64,000 nucleotides of DNA. Source: Hormoscilla sp. (GTDB lineage Bacteria > Cyanobacteriota > Cyanobacteriia > Cyanobacteriales > Desertifilaceae). Of the stretch, positions 50,697-61,575 are shown in pieces. The stretch covers positions 1 to 64,000 of the forward strand of contig JBFRWI010000070.1 of assembly GCA_051439505.1 (NCBI GenBank), given 5' to 3'. A program made the position numbers and the translations under genes. Under the pieces are notes generated by a model. The model made no database searches. It was not told the DNA's origin and was given only the letters and a program-made list of their open reading frames with translations. How positions within the stretch are numbered: position 1 is the first letter of the stretch; every line of letters begins with the position of its first letter.

Positions 50697-53600
50697 ATGA
50701 TGAAAACCGCAAAATCCCCAAACAGTAAAGCTCCAAAACTCTCGCAAACTGGTTTACTGCTGGGGCTGCTTGCCCTGGTGCCAACTACCTTCCTGCCCAT
50801 GCAGGCTCGGGCGCAAATCTCGTCGGATGGGACTCTCTCTACCAGCGTCACGACCAATGGTAACAGTTTCACGATTAATGGCGGGGACAGAGCGGGTGGG
50901 AATCTGTTTCACAGTTTCTCAGAGTTTTCGGTTCCCACCGGCGGAGAGGCGTTCTTCAATAATGACCTGGATGTGGAGAATATCTTCAGCCGGGTGACGG
51001 GGGGGAATATTTCTAATATTGATGGGTTGATTAGAGCAAATGGCAGTGCTAATCTGTTTCTGCTGAACCCGGCGGGAATTGTCTTTGGCCCCAATGCTCG
51101 TCTAAATATTGGCGGTTCGTTCCTGGGGAGTTCTGCGAGTAGTCTGATGTTTCCTGGTGGGACGGAGTTTAGCGCTACTGATACTCAAAGTACGCCGCTG
51201 CTGACGATCAATGCTCCTATTGGTTTGTGGTTTAGGGGCAATGAGGGTAATATTGTCAACCGGTCTGCTGTCAATGATGTTGGTCTTCAGGTACAGCCAG
51301 GAAGATCCTTGGGACTGGTAGGTGGCAATGTCAGCTTGGATGGGGGAATGATCGCAGCACCGGGGGGACGAGTTGATCTGGGAGGTTTGGCAGCACTGGG
51401 AACGGTGGGGCTCAATGATGATGGGAGTTTGAGTTTCCCGGATGCCGTGGCCCGAGGTAATGTATCCTTCGCGAATGCAGCTTTTGTGGATGTGCGTGCA
51501 GGAGGCGGCGGGACGATCGCAGTTAATGCCCGGGATATGGAAATGCTGGGAGGAAGTCGCCTTTGGGCTGGTATTGGCGAAGACATGGGTACAGCGGGGA
51601 GTAATGCTGGCGATGTGAAGTTGAACGCGACAGAGTCAATTATTGTTAGTGAGTCGAGCAATATACAGAACCGAGTATTCAATACTGGCTCCATGGGTAA
51701 TAGCGGTGACATAAATGTGAAGGCGGGTTCACTGTTGTTATCAGATGGTGGTTTCTTTAGTGCCAGTACCTTTGGCAGGGGCGATGCTGGAAATATCAAT
51801 GTTGATGTCAGCGGTCCAGTTAATCTTACCGGTGTGGCAGATGATGGCGAAACTAGCAGATTTGCTAGCGTGGTGACAGAAGGGGCAGTGGGGAATGGGG
51901 GAGAGATAAAAATAAATGCAGGTTCTGTCTCCCTAAGTAACGGCGCTTTACTAACTACTCAAGTTTTTGGAGCTTTTGAGGGGCTAGATGCTGGACAGGG
52001 AAATGCAGGTGACATAACGATATCCACGGGCTCGCTCTCGTTGAATGGGGAAAGCACGCTCGTAACAGCTAGTACCTTTGGACAGGGGAATGCAGGTAAC
52101 GTAATAATCGAAGCTGATGGAAATGTCAGCCTGGAAGGTGGAAATATATTCAGCAATGTCGAAACAGGAGCGGTTGGTGATAGTGGTAACATAGAGATAA
52201 GGGCGGGTGTACTTTCGTTAATTAATGGTGTTCAAGTACAAACAGCAGTTAATGGGATTTCTGAAAGTAACCCAGAACTACCCGGAGGACGAGGAAATGC
52301 TGGTCAAATAATGATTGATGTGAGGGGCGCGGTAGAAATAATGGGGGAAGGTACGGATGGATTTCCGAGTGGCATCTTCAGTAACTTGGGGGAAGGAGCG
52401 GTAGGTAGTGGTGGAAGCATCGAGATCGAGGCGCGATCGGTGGAAGTGAGCAATGGCGCTGTACTGAGTACTGGCACATCGGGAGAAGGGGATGGAGGGA
52501 GCGTCAGAATTTCAGCAGATGGAGAAGTAAGGCTGTCTGATGAAAGCCTAATAGCTAGCAGTGTGGGAGAAGAAGGGGTTGGTACCGGAGGCAACATCGA
52601 GATCGCAGGGGAAGCGGTGTCTTTGAGCGATGGCGCTAGGTTGTTTACTAGCACATTTGGAGAAGGAGATGCCGGGAACGTCATAATTTCAGCGGATGGA
52701 GAAGTAAGGCTGTCTGATGAAAGCAGCATAAGTAGCAGTGTGGGAGAAGGAGGGGTTGGTACCGGAGGCAACATCGAGATCGCAGGGCGATCGGTGTCTT
52801 TGAGCAATGGCGCTTTACTGAATACTGGCACATCGGGAGAAGGGGATGCAGGGAACGTCATAATTTCAGCGGATGGAGAAGTAAGGCTGTCTGATGAAAG
52901 CCTAATAGCTAGCAGTGTGGGAGAAGGAGGGGTTGGTACCGGAGGCAACGTCGAGATCGCAGGGCGATCGGTGTCTTTGAGCAATGGCGCTGCGTTGTCT
53001 ACTGGCACATTGGGAGAAGGGGACGCAGGTGAGGTAAGACTTAACGCATCAGAAGAAGTTACCTTGGAAGATGCATTAATCTTGAACCTGGTGGTAACAG
53101 GAGCGGTAGGCAATGGAGGTAGTATTGAGATAACAGGGCGATCGGTGTCTTTGAGCGATGGCGCTACACTGAGTAGTGACACATCGGGAGAAGGGGATGC
53201 AGGTGAGGTAAGAGTTAACGCATCAGAAGAAGTTACCTTGGAAGATGTAATCATCTTGAGCACGGTGGCAACAGGAGCGGTAGGCAATGGAGGTAGTATT
53301 GAGATAACAGGGCGATCGGTGTCTTTGAGGAATGGCGGTTTAGTGAGTACTAGCACGTTGGGAGAAGGGGATCCAGGGAATGTCAGAATTGACGCATCCG
53401 GAGAAGTAAGGCTGTCTGATGAAATCAGTATAAGTAGCAGTGTGGGAATAGGAGCGGTAGGTACCGGGGGCAGTATTGATATTACAGCGCGATCGCTATC
53501 TTTAACCAATGGTGCTATAGTGAATACTAGCACATTTGGAGAAGGGGATGCAGGGAGTGTAGTAATTTCAGCTAACGGAGAAGTAATGCTGGAAGGTGAA

Positions 53601-54968
53601 GGTGGAGGCATCATTAGCGCTGTGTCCCAAGAAGCGGTAGGGAATGGGGGCAGTATAGAAATAAAGGCCCGATCGCTATCTTTAACCAATGGCGGTTTAG
53701 TGAGTACTAGCACATTGGGAGAAGGGGATGCCGGGAGTATAAAAATTGACGCATCCGGAGAAGTAATGCTAGAAGGTGGCTTTATAACAAGTGGCTTGGA
53801 AGGAGAAGCGGTAGGTACCGGGGGAAGTATTGATATTACCGGGCGATCGCTATCTTTAACCAATGGCGCTTTAGTGAGTACTGGCACATCGGGAGAAGGG
53901 GATGCAGGAAGTGTAAGAATTGACGCATCAGAAGAAGTTACCTTGGAAGATGGATTCATCTTCAGCACGGTGGAAAGAGGAGGGGTAGGCAATGGGGGAA
54001 GTATTGATATTACCGGGCGATCGGTGTCTTTGAGCAATGGCGCTCAACTGAGTACTAGCACAGAGGGAGAAGGAGATGCAGGGAACGTAAGAATTGACGC
54101 ATCCGGAGAAGTAAGGCTGTCTGATGAAAGCAGCATAAGTAGCAGTTCGGTTTCCTTAGCTGATGGGGCAGAGGTAACACTCAGCAGTGCCGGGACAGGA
54201 TCGGCAGGCAATCTCATAGTGAATGCTAGTGAAATTAGCCTCAACAACGGCACCCTCGACGCCAGAACAGCTTCGGGAAACCAGGGAAACATTACTCTCA
54301 ATGCTTCAGAAAATATCCAGTTGCGCAATAGTAGTGCGATCAACACTAACGCGGTGGGCACTGCCACTGGTGGGAATATCTCGATCGACACTGACTTCTT
54401 AATTGCTTTTCCAGGAAATAGCGATATCACGGCCAACGCCATCCAGGGAGATGGAGGCAGGATCTCTATTACCGCAGAGGGGATCTTGGGAATAGCGCAG
54501 CGGGACTCCCAAACTCCGGAAAACGACATCACAGTTACTTCCACCTTTGGCAGTTCGGGGGAAGTGATCTTTAACCTGCCAGATGTGGACGCCCTGCGGG
54601 GAATAGAGGAATTATCAGATAATGCAATAGACCCCGAAGAAGCAGTGGCCCAAGCTTGTCGCACAGACTCAGAGGACGACAGTTCATTCACTGTTATCGG
54701 TCGGGGAGGTTTGCCTCGGGGCCCGCAAGATCCTCTGGTTAGCGATAACATGGAAGTGGGAGGTGCCCGCTCATCTCAGGCCGCCCCAAACAAACCCCCG
54801 ATCGTGAGATTAGTAGAAGATACGGAGCCCATTTCTTCAGAAGATATCGTACTGGCCCGAGGTTGGATAGTTAATGAAGATGGGGTAGTGGAACTGACGG
54901 CCTATCCTACTCCCTTAACGGGCGATCGGCCTTTCCCAACTCCTGTGAGGTGTCCCGGGAAAAAGTGA
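50697..54968 (+). CDS. Filamentous haemagglutinin-like TpsA exoprotein
   Basis: Signal peptide, NLFHSFSEFSV, NPAGI TPS domain, about 60-aa Gly/Ser beta-helix repeats, C-terminal GRGGLP and ARGWIV motifs. Confidence 0.93.
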   Translation: MMKTAKSPNSKAPKLSQTGLLLGLLALVPTTFLPMQARAQISSDGTLSTSVTTNGNSFTINGGDRAGGNLFHSFSEFSVPTGGEAFFNNDLDVENIFSRVTGGNISNIDGLIRANGSANLFLLNPAGIVFGPNARLNIGGSFLGSSASSLMFPGGTEFSATDTQSTPLLTINAPIGLWFRGNEGNIVNRSAVNDVGLQVQPGRSLGLVGGNVSLDGGMIAAPGGRVDLGGLAALGTVGLNDDGSLSFPDAVARGNVSFANAAFVDVRAGGGGTIAVNARDMEMLGGSRLWAGIGEDMGTAGSNAGDVKLNATESIIVSESSNIQNRVFNTGSMGNSGDINVKAGSLLLSDGGFFSASTFGRGDAGNINVDVSGPVNLTGVADDGETSRFASVVTEGAVGNGGEIKINAGSVSLSNGALLTTQVFGAFEGLDAGQGNAGDITISTGSLSLNGESTLVTASTFGQGNAGNVIIEADGNVSLEGGNIFSNVETGAVGDSGNIEIRAGVLSLINGVQVQTAVNGISESNPELPGGRGNAGQIMIDVRGAVEIMGEGTDGFPSGIFSNLGEGAVGSGGSIEIEARSVEVSNGAVLSTGTSGEGDGGSVRISADGEVRLSDESLIASSVGEEGVGTGGNIEIAGEAVSLSDGARLFTSTFGEGDAGNVIISADGEVRLSDESSISSSVGEGGVGTGGNIEIAGRSVSLSNGALLNTGTSGEGDAGNVIISADGEVRLSDESLIASSVGEGGVGTGGNVEIAGRSVSLSNGAALSTGTLGEGDAGEVRLNASEEVTLEDALILNLVVTGAVGNGGSIEITGRSVSLSDGATLSSDTSGEGDAGEVRVNASEEVTLEDVIILSTVATGAVGNGGSIEITGRSVSLRNGGLVSTSTLGEGDPGNVRIDASGEVRLSDEISISSSVGIGAVGTGGSIDITARSLSLTNGAIVNTSTFGEGDAGSVVISANGEVMLEGEGGGIISAVSQEAVGNGGSIEIKARSLSLTNGGLVSTSTLGEGDAGSIKIDASGEVMLEGGFITSGLEGEAVGTGGSIDITGRSLSLTNGALVSTGTSGEGDAGSVRIDASEEVTLEDGFIFSTVERGGVGNGGSIDITGRSVSLSNGAQLSTSTEGEGDAGNVRIDASGEVRLSDESSISSSSVSLADGAEVTLSSAGTGSAGNLIVNASEISLNNGTLDARTASGNQGNITLNASENIQLRNSSAINTNAVGTATGGNISIDTDFLIAFPGNSDITANAIQGDGGRISITAEGILGIAQRDSQTPENDITVTSTFGSSGEVIFNLPDVDALRGIEELSDNAIDPEEAVAQACRTDSEDDSSFTVIGRGGLPRGPQDPLVSDNMEVGGARSSQAAPNKPPIVRLVEDTEPISSEDIVLARGWIVNEDGVVELTAYPTPLTGDRPFPTPVRCPGKK

Positions 54969-55036
54969 ACCGTTTCTCGTTCCCGGTCTCTGACAGGGAA
55001 CGAGAGAATTTATTTTTACACGAGTCCCTTACTGCT

Positions 55037-55669
55037 ATGCATGCTGTTGTTTCCCCTGAAAAAATTACATTGCGCCCTGGAACCGTGATGCGAATGCCCG
55101 GAACCTGGCAAGACTACTGTGCCCTGCGCGATAGTCGGGGGGATGGATCTATTCCCCGTATTAAGTTTCGTAATGGTGAAATTCTGCTAATGAGTCCTTT
55201 ACCTATACACGGGCGCGAAGCCCATCTGCTTGCTAGAATTGTTGAAGAATTGCTCAATAGTGAAACCCGCAACTATGAAGCCTTTACCCCCATTACAATG
55301 AACATTCCCAAAGCAGGGGGGATCGAACCAGACTACTGTTTTTACATCGACAACTGGCAAGCTGTCATCGGCAAAGATAGGATCGACTGGCAAGCGGATC
55401 CGCCGCCAGATCTGGTCATCGAAATTGATGTCACCTCCTATACGGATGCTGAAGACTATGGGCCTTATCGAGTGCCAGAAGTCTGGCTATTCAAAAAAAG
55501 CAAGTTAAAGATATACAGCTTGCAAGGGGAATCTTATCAACAGCAAACCTTGAGCCGCTATTTCCCAAACATTGACTTGACAAAGCTTATCGGAGATGTC
55601 CTTGAGGTGGCATCCGCACGAGGCACTGGCGTGGCCCTGGGCGAACTCCGCCAACAGTTGATGAAATAG
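55037..55669 (+). CDS. Uma2 family (PD-(D/E)XK) endonuclease-like protein
   Basis: GIEPDYCFYI, PPPDLVIEIDVTS, VPEVW. Confidence 0.9.
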   Translation: MHAVVSPEKITLRPGTVMRMPGTWQDYCALRDSRGDGSIPRIKFRNGEILLMSPLPIHGREAHLLARIVEELLNSETRNYEAFTPITMNIPKAGGIEPDYCFYIDNWQAVIGKDRIDWQADPPPDLVIEIDVTSYTDAEDYGPYRVPEVWLFKKSKLKIYSLQGESYQQQTLSRYFPNIDLTKLIGDVLEVASARGTGVALGELRQQLMK

Positions 55670-55772
55670 CCCCTGAATGTTATGCTCGTTTTACTACGAA
55701 CGGGAAACGCTTTAGCGTTTACTACGAACGGGGAAACGCTAAAGCGTTTACTACGAACCGAGAGGAAAAACT

Positions 55773-57515
55773 ATGCAAAATATCACCTTTATCCGTAATT
55801 GGATCATACTCCAGATCGCCCTAGCAGGGACGGCCTTAGCAACAACTCCAGCAGTGGCCCAGGAAACAGCTCAAAACATCATCCCTCGACTGCCACCGCG
55901 TCCGGAACTGGAACCTCGGCCTCCAGAAGAACTCCCTTCTCCCGAAGAACTGCTGGAAAGGCCATTGCCAACTCCTCCCCAACCACAAATTGAACCGGGT
56001 TTAAGCACCATCATCGTTTCCGGTTTCGAGATCGTCGGTAACACTGCCTTCAGCGAGGCAGAGTTACAGAAGGTACTGGAAAAGTTCGCAAACCGCCCTA
56101 TTACCTTTGCCGAACTGCTGCAAGTAGAAGCGGTCATCACTCAGCTATATATAGACAATGGATATTTAAATTCCGGGGCAAGCATCTCACCCCAAACCTT
56201 GGAAACAGGTACAGTCACAGTTAGGATTACAGAAGGTAGCTTAGCCCAAATAAATGTTACCGTAGATGGTAGGCTAAACCCCGGCTACGTCCGCAGTCGC
56301 CTCGCGATCGGGGGTCGCGATCCCTTAAACGTCAACCACCTGCAAGAAGCATTACAACTGCTACAAATAGATCCGCTGATCGAAAATATCAGGGCAGAAC
56401 TTTCCCAAGGGACGCGGCGGGAGTTATGGACCCTAGATGTAGAAGTAAAAGTCGCCCCCGCCTTTGAACCGCAAATAATTGCTGATAACAGTCGCAACCC
56501 CAGCGTCGGCAGTTTCCAGCGGGAAGCCCAACTCTACCACGGCAACCTGCTGGGACTGGGAGATAAAATCAGTATAGCTTACAATAATACTGACGGCAGC
56601 GATGGCTATGAAGGCAGCTACAGCCTGCCCATCAATGGCCGCAATGGTACAATTGACTTTCTGTACCGCAGCGTAGACAGCGACATCATCGAACCCCCCT
56701 TCTCCGACTTAGATATCAAGTCCAACTCTCGCAGCTATGAGTTAACATATCGTCAACCCGTAGTCCGCAGAGCGAGGGTAGGTTCGGGTTCGATCCGGGA
56801 ACTCGCCCTGGGCCTGAGTGCAACTCGCCGGGAAAGCGATACAACTTTATTAGGAGAAAGGTTTCCCCTGTCCCTGGGGGCAAACTCCCGAGGGGAAACC
56901 CGTATATCGGCGGTGAGATTTTTCCAAGAATGGACTCAGCGTACCAGTCGCGAAGTGCTCGCAGCTAGGTCCCAATTTAGTTTAGGAGTGGGAGCCTTGG
57001 ATGCTACCATCAATAAAGATGAGCCCGACAGTCGCTTTTTCGCCTGGCGAGGCCAAGGGTTGTGGTTGCGACAATTAGGTCCAGACGCCAACTTGGTGCT
57101 TCGTTCCGACATCCAACTTGCTACCATAGACTTAGTACCTTTAGAGCAATTTGGTTTAGGAGGGATCCGCAGCGTGCGGGGATACCGCCAGGACGCCCTG
57201 CTAGCTGATAATGGCGTATTTGCGAGCGCCGAACTATTTTTACCAGTATGGCGAGTTCCCCAAAAGGATATGGTATTATCATTCATACCCTTTGTAGATG
57301 TGGGCACAGTTTGGAACAGCGGGCGAAAAAATCCCGATGATACGACTCTGCTGTCCTTGGGAGTCGGGTTGCAGTGGCAGATAGCCGAGAAATTGCGGGT
57401 GCGTTTGGACTGGGGTATACCTTTAATCGATATTAATCAGAATCAGAGGGAGCGAACATGGCAAGAAAATGGTCTATATTTTTCTATAGAGTTAAATCCC
57501 TTCTCCAACAGGTAG
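55773..57515 (+). CDS. ShlB/FhaC/HecB TpsB outer-membrane transporter
   Basis: POTRA (ITQLYIDNGYLNSGA), VRGY motif, beta-barrel C-terminus. Confidence 0.94.
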   Translation: MQNITFIRNWIILQIALAGTALATTPAVAQETAQNIIPRLPPRPELEPRPPEELPSPEELLERPLPTPPQPQIEPGLSTIIVSGFEIVGNTAFSEAELQKVLEKFANRPITFAELLQVEAVITQLYIDNGYLNSGASISPQTLETGTVTVRITEGSLAQINVTVDGRLNPGYVRSRLAIGGRDPLNVNHLQEALQLLQIDPLIENIRAELSQGTRRELWTLDVEVKVAPAFEPQIIADNSRNPSVGSFQREAQLYHGNLLGLGDKISIAYNNTDGSDGYEGSYSLPINGRNGTIDFLYRSVDSDIIEPPFSDLDIKSNSRSYELTYRQPVVRRARVGSGSIRELALGLSATRRESDTTLLGERFPLSLGANSRGETRISAVRFFQEWTQRTSREVLAARSQFSLGVGALDATINKDEPDSRFFAWRGQGLWLRQLGPDANLVLRSDIQLATIDLVPLEQFGLGGIRSVRGYRQDALLADNGVFASAELFLPVWRVPQKDMVLSFIPFVDVGTVWNSGRKNPDDTTLLSLGVGLQWQIAEKLRVRLDWGIPLIDINQNQRERTWQENGLYFSIELNPFSNR

Positions 57516-57520
57516 TGAGA

Positions 57521-60184
57521 ATGTGGGCTATACGGAAGCGCCGAATCACTTTCATTATATTAGCATTGCTGGGATTTATTTCCACTCAGGCGGTGCCGGG
57601 GATTTCGGCCCAAAGACAAGATGTAATGCCCGATCGGGCCCTCGGGAAAACATTTCAGATATCGCAAGCAGGGAATGCTTCCCAATTGGCCCAGGAGGGG
57701 TTACAATTATATCAAGCAGGGCAAATAGAGTCTGCCTTAGAGCGTTGGCAAAAGGCCGCAGAGATCTACGAGCAAATGGGCGATCGCTCTCAAGCAACGG
57801 AAATTATGCTAAGCAAGGCCGCAGCAGAACAAGCCCTAGGATATTATCCCCAATCATACAAGACGATCGTCAGAGCAATGGGGCTTGACAAGGCAGCGGA
57901 AAAGAGGTTAACATTGGAAATAGACGAGGTCTCCAATGTTCTAGAGAAGGATCCAGAGAATAAAGATGCCCGAGGAGAACTAAGAGGGGCGATCGCGGAA
58001 ATGACGGCAGGAACGGCAGGAGTGAATAAAGCGAGAGGGTTGCGCCTGTTAGGAGAATATTTCCAACAGACAGGGAAGTTAGAGGTATCGTCTTTAGTAT
58101 TGCAGGACAGTATCCGAGTATCGGGAGAGAACGGGGAGGCGAGTGCAGCGCTAGTCAGTTTGGGGAACACGGCGAGGGCGATCGGGCAAAAAGAGCAAGC
58201 CCAGAAAAATCCTTTAGAAGAGGCATCTCTGTTGGTAATGCTGGAGGAAGACGAGCCAGGTATTCTGAAGAGGGAACTGAACAAAACCCTAGTGGAAGCG
58301 TTTTTAATTCCCTATGAGGAAGCTTTAGCTTCCTATAAGCAAGCAGCAAGTTTATCCCAGTCTCAAACCAGAAAAATTCAGGCGCAACTAAATCACCTAG
58401 ACTTATTGGTAGATGTCAAGGTAGGGTTGTCCCGATCGATCGCATCAGCAGGGGAGACAGATGAGAGAGTAGAACGAGTAAGAAACAAATTATTGCCCCA
58501 ACTGCATGCCGAGATCGACAAGGAAGTAGAGAGTTTGTTACCCGACATCCCCTTTCAGCTTGACAGCTTGCCTGCCAGTCGGAAAACAGTGTATAGTAGG
58601 ATTAAACTCGCCCAAAGTCTGAAGGCACTGGAACGGGAAACTGCCACTAGAGCCCAGTTATTAGCAACCGCTGCTACAGAAGCCGAAGATCTAGGAGACC
58701 TGCAAGCACAAAGCTACGCCCTAGGGAATTTGGGAACGCTATACGAAGAGAAAAAAAGGTGGGATGAAGCCGAACGGGTTACTTCCTCAGCCCTCAGCAT
58801 CGCCTCAACAAGTGCAGCACCAGAAATAGCCTATCAGTGGCAGTGGCAACTGGGACGCATCCTGGTAAACAAAGAAGACCGAGAAGGGGCGATCGCGGCC
58901 TACGATGCTGCCTTCAATACCCTAAAATCATTGCGGAAGGACTTAGCAGCGAGCGATCGCAACATCAAGTTTTCATTTCAGGATAGCATCGAACCCCTAT
59001 ATCGGCAGTACGTCAGCTTGTTACTGCGATCGCAGGCAGATCAAAATGACTTAGAGAAAGCCCGCCAAGTGCTAGAACAACTGCAAATAGCCGAACTAGA
59101 CGACTTCTTTGGCGACCCCTGTTCGGAGGTTGACAGGGAAGTAGAAATTGACAAGATTGACGATCCAGCCGCAATCATTTATCCTATTATCTTAGAAGAT
59201 CGTTTAGAAGTCATCCTGAAACTGCCTCTTCAGAACCTCCGCCATTACACGACTCGCATATCCACCGAAGAAGTAGAAGCGATCGTAGACGAACTGCGCA
59301 GTCAAATTAATGCTCCACCAATACAACCCCGGTCTCCAGATTATTTGTCTGCCGCTCAACAGCTATATAATTGGCTGATCTCCCCAGCGAACTTGGACAG
59401 CAGCGAAGTGCAAACCTTAGTATTCGTACTGGACGGTCCCCTGCGCCAGATCCCCATGGCAGTATTGCACGACGGTGAAAAGCATCTGATCGAAAAGTAT
59501 AACCTGGCCCTGACCCTAGGTCTAAAACTGACAGCCGCCGAACCATTCCAACAAAGAAAGATTAAAGTCTTAGCTGCGGGGATGACCAAAAGCTTTCCCG
59601 AACTAGGCTTTCGCAATGATATCCCCGCCGTAGAGGACGAGTTAAATCGAATCGAGGAAACATTTCAACCAAATGTGGAGGTGCTAGCGCAAGAAGAGTT
59701 TACCCAAATGAAGTTGCAAGAGCAGTTGCAAAGGTCGAAATTTAACCTCGTACATCTTGCCACTCACGGTAAGTTTAGTTCCAACGAAGAGGATACCTTT
59801 ATTCTCACAGGAGACGCAGAACTAGAAAATGCACGCATAAATATCGACCAGTTGCAGAAATTACTGGAAGTCAAAGGCCCGTCGAGGGCGATCGAATTAC
59901 TGGTGCTGAGTGCCTGCAACACAGCTTCAGGGGACGATCGGGCAGTGTTAGGGTTAGCAGGAGTAGCGGTGCGGGCGGGGGCGCGCAGTACCATAGCGAC
60001 TCTCTGGGCAGCTAACGATCCAGCCACCGCCGAACTCATGGGTAATCAATTTTATCCCATATTAAAGACTTCAGGGAGCAAAGCCCAGGCATTGCGTGAC
60101 TCCCAACTAGCTTTATTGAACGATCCGCAGTACAATCATCCCTATTACTGGGCCCCCTTCATCTTAGTAGGAAATTGGCTCTAA
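57521..60184 (+). CDS. TPR plus CHAT (caspase-like) domain protein with N-terminal signal/TM
   Basis: VHLATHG and LVLSACNT His/Cys dyad, GLAGVAVRAGARS, HPYYWAPFILVGNWL. Confidence 0.93.
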   Translation: MWAIRKRRITFIILALLGFISTQAVPGISAQRQDVMPDRALGKTFQISQAGNASQLAQEGLQLYQAGQIESALERWQKAAEIYEQMGDRSQATEIMLSKAAAEQALGYYPQSYKTIVRAMGLDKAAEKRLTLEIDEVSNVLEKDPENKDARGELRGAIAEMTAGTAGVNKARGLRLLGEYFQQTGKLEVSSLVLQDSIRVSGENGEASAALVSLGNTARAIGQKEQAQKNPLEEASLLVMLEEDEPGILKRELNKTLVEAFLIPYEEALASYKQAASLSQSQTRKIQAQLNHLDLLVDVKVGLSRSIASAGETDERVERVRNKLLPQLHAEIDKEVESLLPDIPFQLDSLPASRKTVYSRIKLAQSLKALERETATRAQLLATAATEAEDLGDLQAQSYALGNLGTLYEEKKRWDEAERVTSSALSIASTSAAPEIAYQWQWQLGRILVNKEDREGAIAAYDAAFNTLKSLRKDLAASDRNIKFSFQDSIEPLYRQYVSLLLRSQADQNDLEKARQVLEQLQIAELDDFFGDPCSEVDREVEIDKIDDPAAIIYPIILEDRLEVILKLPLQNLRHYTTRISTEEVEAIVDELRSQINAPPIQPRSPDYLSAAQQLYNWLISPANLDSSEVQTLVFVLDGPLRQIPMAVLHDGEKHLIEKYNLALTLGLKLTAAEPFQQRKIKVLAAGMTKSFPELGFRNDIPAVEDELNRIEETFQPNVEVLAQEEFTQMKLQEQLQRSKFNLVHLATHGKFSSNEEDTFILTGDAELENARINIDQLQKLLEVKGPSRAIELLVLSACNTASGDDRAVLGLAGVAVRAGARSTIATLWAANDPATAELMGNQFYPILKTSGSKAQALRDSQLALLNDPQYNHPYYWAPFILVGNWL

Positions 60185-60283
60185 TCATGGCGAATTGCTA
60201 ATGGTTAATTGCCTATTGCGATCGACCATTAACCATTACCTATTGACAACTTTCACTCAAGTGTTATGGGCGTCTCGCCCGTC

Positions 60284-61285
60284 CTACGCCAATAAATTCC
60301 GCCGGGGCTTAAACTCCTCGATCTGCTGCAACTTTTCGTAAACTTCCCGTTCTGCGGGACTAATCTCCTGGGGAATAACAACCTTAATTTCCACAATTTG
60401 GTCGCCACGTCTGCCCCGACTATCAGGATAACCCTTATTCGCCAGGCGCAAGCGTTGACCCGGAGATACACCCGGCGGCACGTTCATTTTCACCAACCCA
60501 TCCAGAGTCGGTACTTCTATCGACCCCCCTAACACCGCTTCACAAGGAGTCACGGGTACTTGACAGTAAATATCATCACCTTCCAACCCAAAAAAATCAT
60601 GAGGTGCTACAGTAATTTTCAAGAACAGGTCGCCACCGCCAAGACCTTGATTTCGCAGTCGGATCCGCTGCCCAGTTACCATCCCCGGCGGCATCTCTAC
60701 CTCGATCGAGCGCCCATCTTCCAGGCGAATGCGCTCATTTCCCCCCAAAAAAGCCTTTTCTAAAGGTATAGTCAGTCGCGCCTCCACATCCCGCCGAGCC
60801 GGAATTGTGTTATAAGTTTTCTTAGTGCTGCGCCGATAAGAATCAACAGAAGGATCCGTTACCCGATCGCGTGTTCCCGTCGGCGCACCCACCTTCACTT
60901 CTCGCCGCCGGTTCAGCAAGCTGTCCAAAAAGCCATCAAAAGTGGAGAATTGCTTGAAATACTCCATCTCCTCAGCGGACAAGCGACTACCACTTTTCCC
61001 ATTCCGTCCGCCTTTCCCCCGCAACTTCTGGTACTGTAAGAATCGACTAAACTGATCGTATTGCGATCGCCTATTTATATCGGACAGAACCTCATAAGCT
61101 TCATTAATATCTTTAAACCTTTCCTCCGCCTCCTTATCTCCCGGATTCAAATCTGGATGATACTGCCTCGCCAATTTCCGGTATACCCTTTTTATTTCAT
61201 CCGCCGACGCCTCTCTGGCAACTCCCAGAATCTCATAGTAATTCCGAAAGTTTTGCATCGTTAGTGGTTTTTGCTTATTATTCAT
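60284..61285 (-). CDS. DnaJ-class co-chaperone without zinc finger
   Basis: J domain with YHPD, DnaJ_C; start may be ATG 61258. Confidence 0.92.
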   Translation of the reverse strand: MNNKQKPLTMQNFRNYYEILGVAREASADEIKRVYRKLARQYHPDLNPGDKEAEERFKDINEAYEVLSDINRRSQYDQFSRFLQYQKLRGKGGRNGKSGSRLSAEEMEYFKQFSTFDGFLDSLLNRRREVKVGAPTGTRDRVTDPSVDSYRRSTKKTYNTIPARRDVEARLTIPLEKAFLGGNERIRLEDGRSIEVEMPPGMVTGQRIRLRNQGLGGGDLFLKITVAPHDFFGLEGDDIYCQVPVTPCEAVLGGSIEVPTLDGLVKMNVPPGVSPGQRLRLANKGYPDSRGRRGDQIVEIKVVIPQEISPAEREVYEKLQQIEEFKPRRNLLA

Positions 61286-61305
61286 TCTGCCACCACATCA
61301 ATTGT

Positions 61306-61355
61306 AAGTTGTCAGTTGTCAGTTGTCAGTTATCAGTTATCAGTTGTCAGTTGTC
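61306..61355. repeat. STRR heptamer array (TGTCAGT)n
   Basis: About 7 tandem heptamers. Confidence 0.85.
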
Positions 61356-61575
61356 ATGCCATTTTAACAAAACAATGCTACAATTACTTTAACATTATTT
61401 TAAGTGCGGTTTTAACTCATATCTTGCACCACTTGCAACTGGAGGCGGAGCCTCGATAATTCGTTCCCAGGCGGGATCCTGGGAACGAGGGGAAAACGCT
61501 TTGTAGACAATGTTGAGAGTGGGTTAAAACCCACTTAAGCCTCGTTTTGCTCGGCACGAAGCAATCTCGAACTAC

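Noticed and set aside
52304..54751. Long minus-strand ORFs (577 and 235 aa)
   Set aside because: Antisense shadows of the repetitive TpsA gene with Pro/Ser-rich mirror composition
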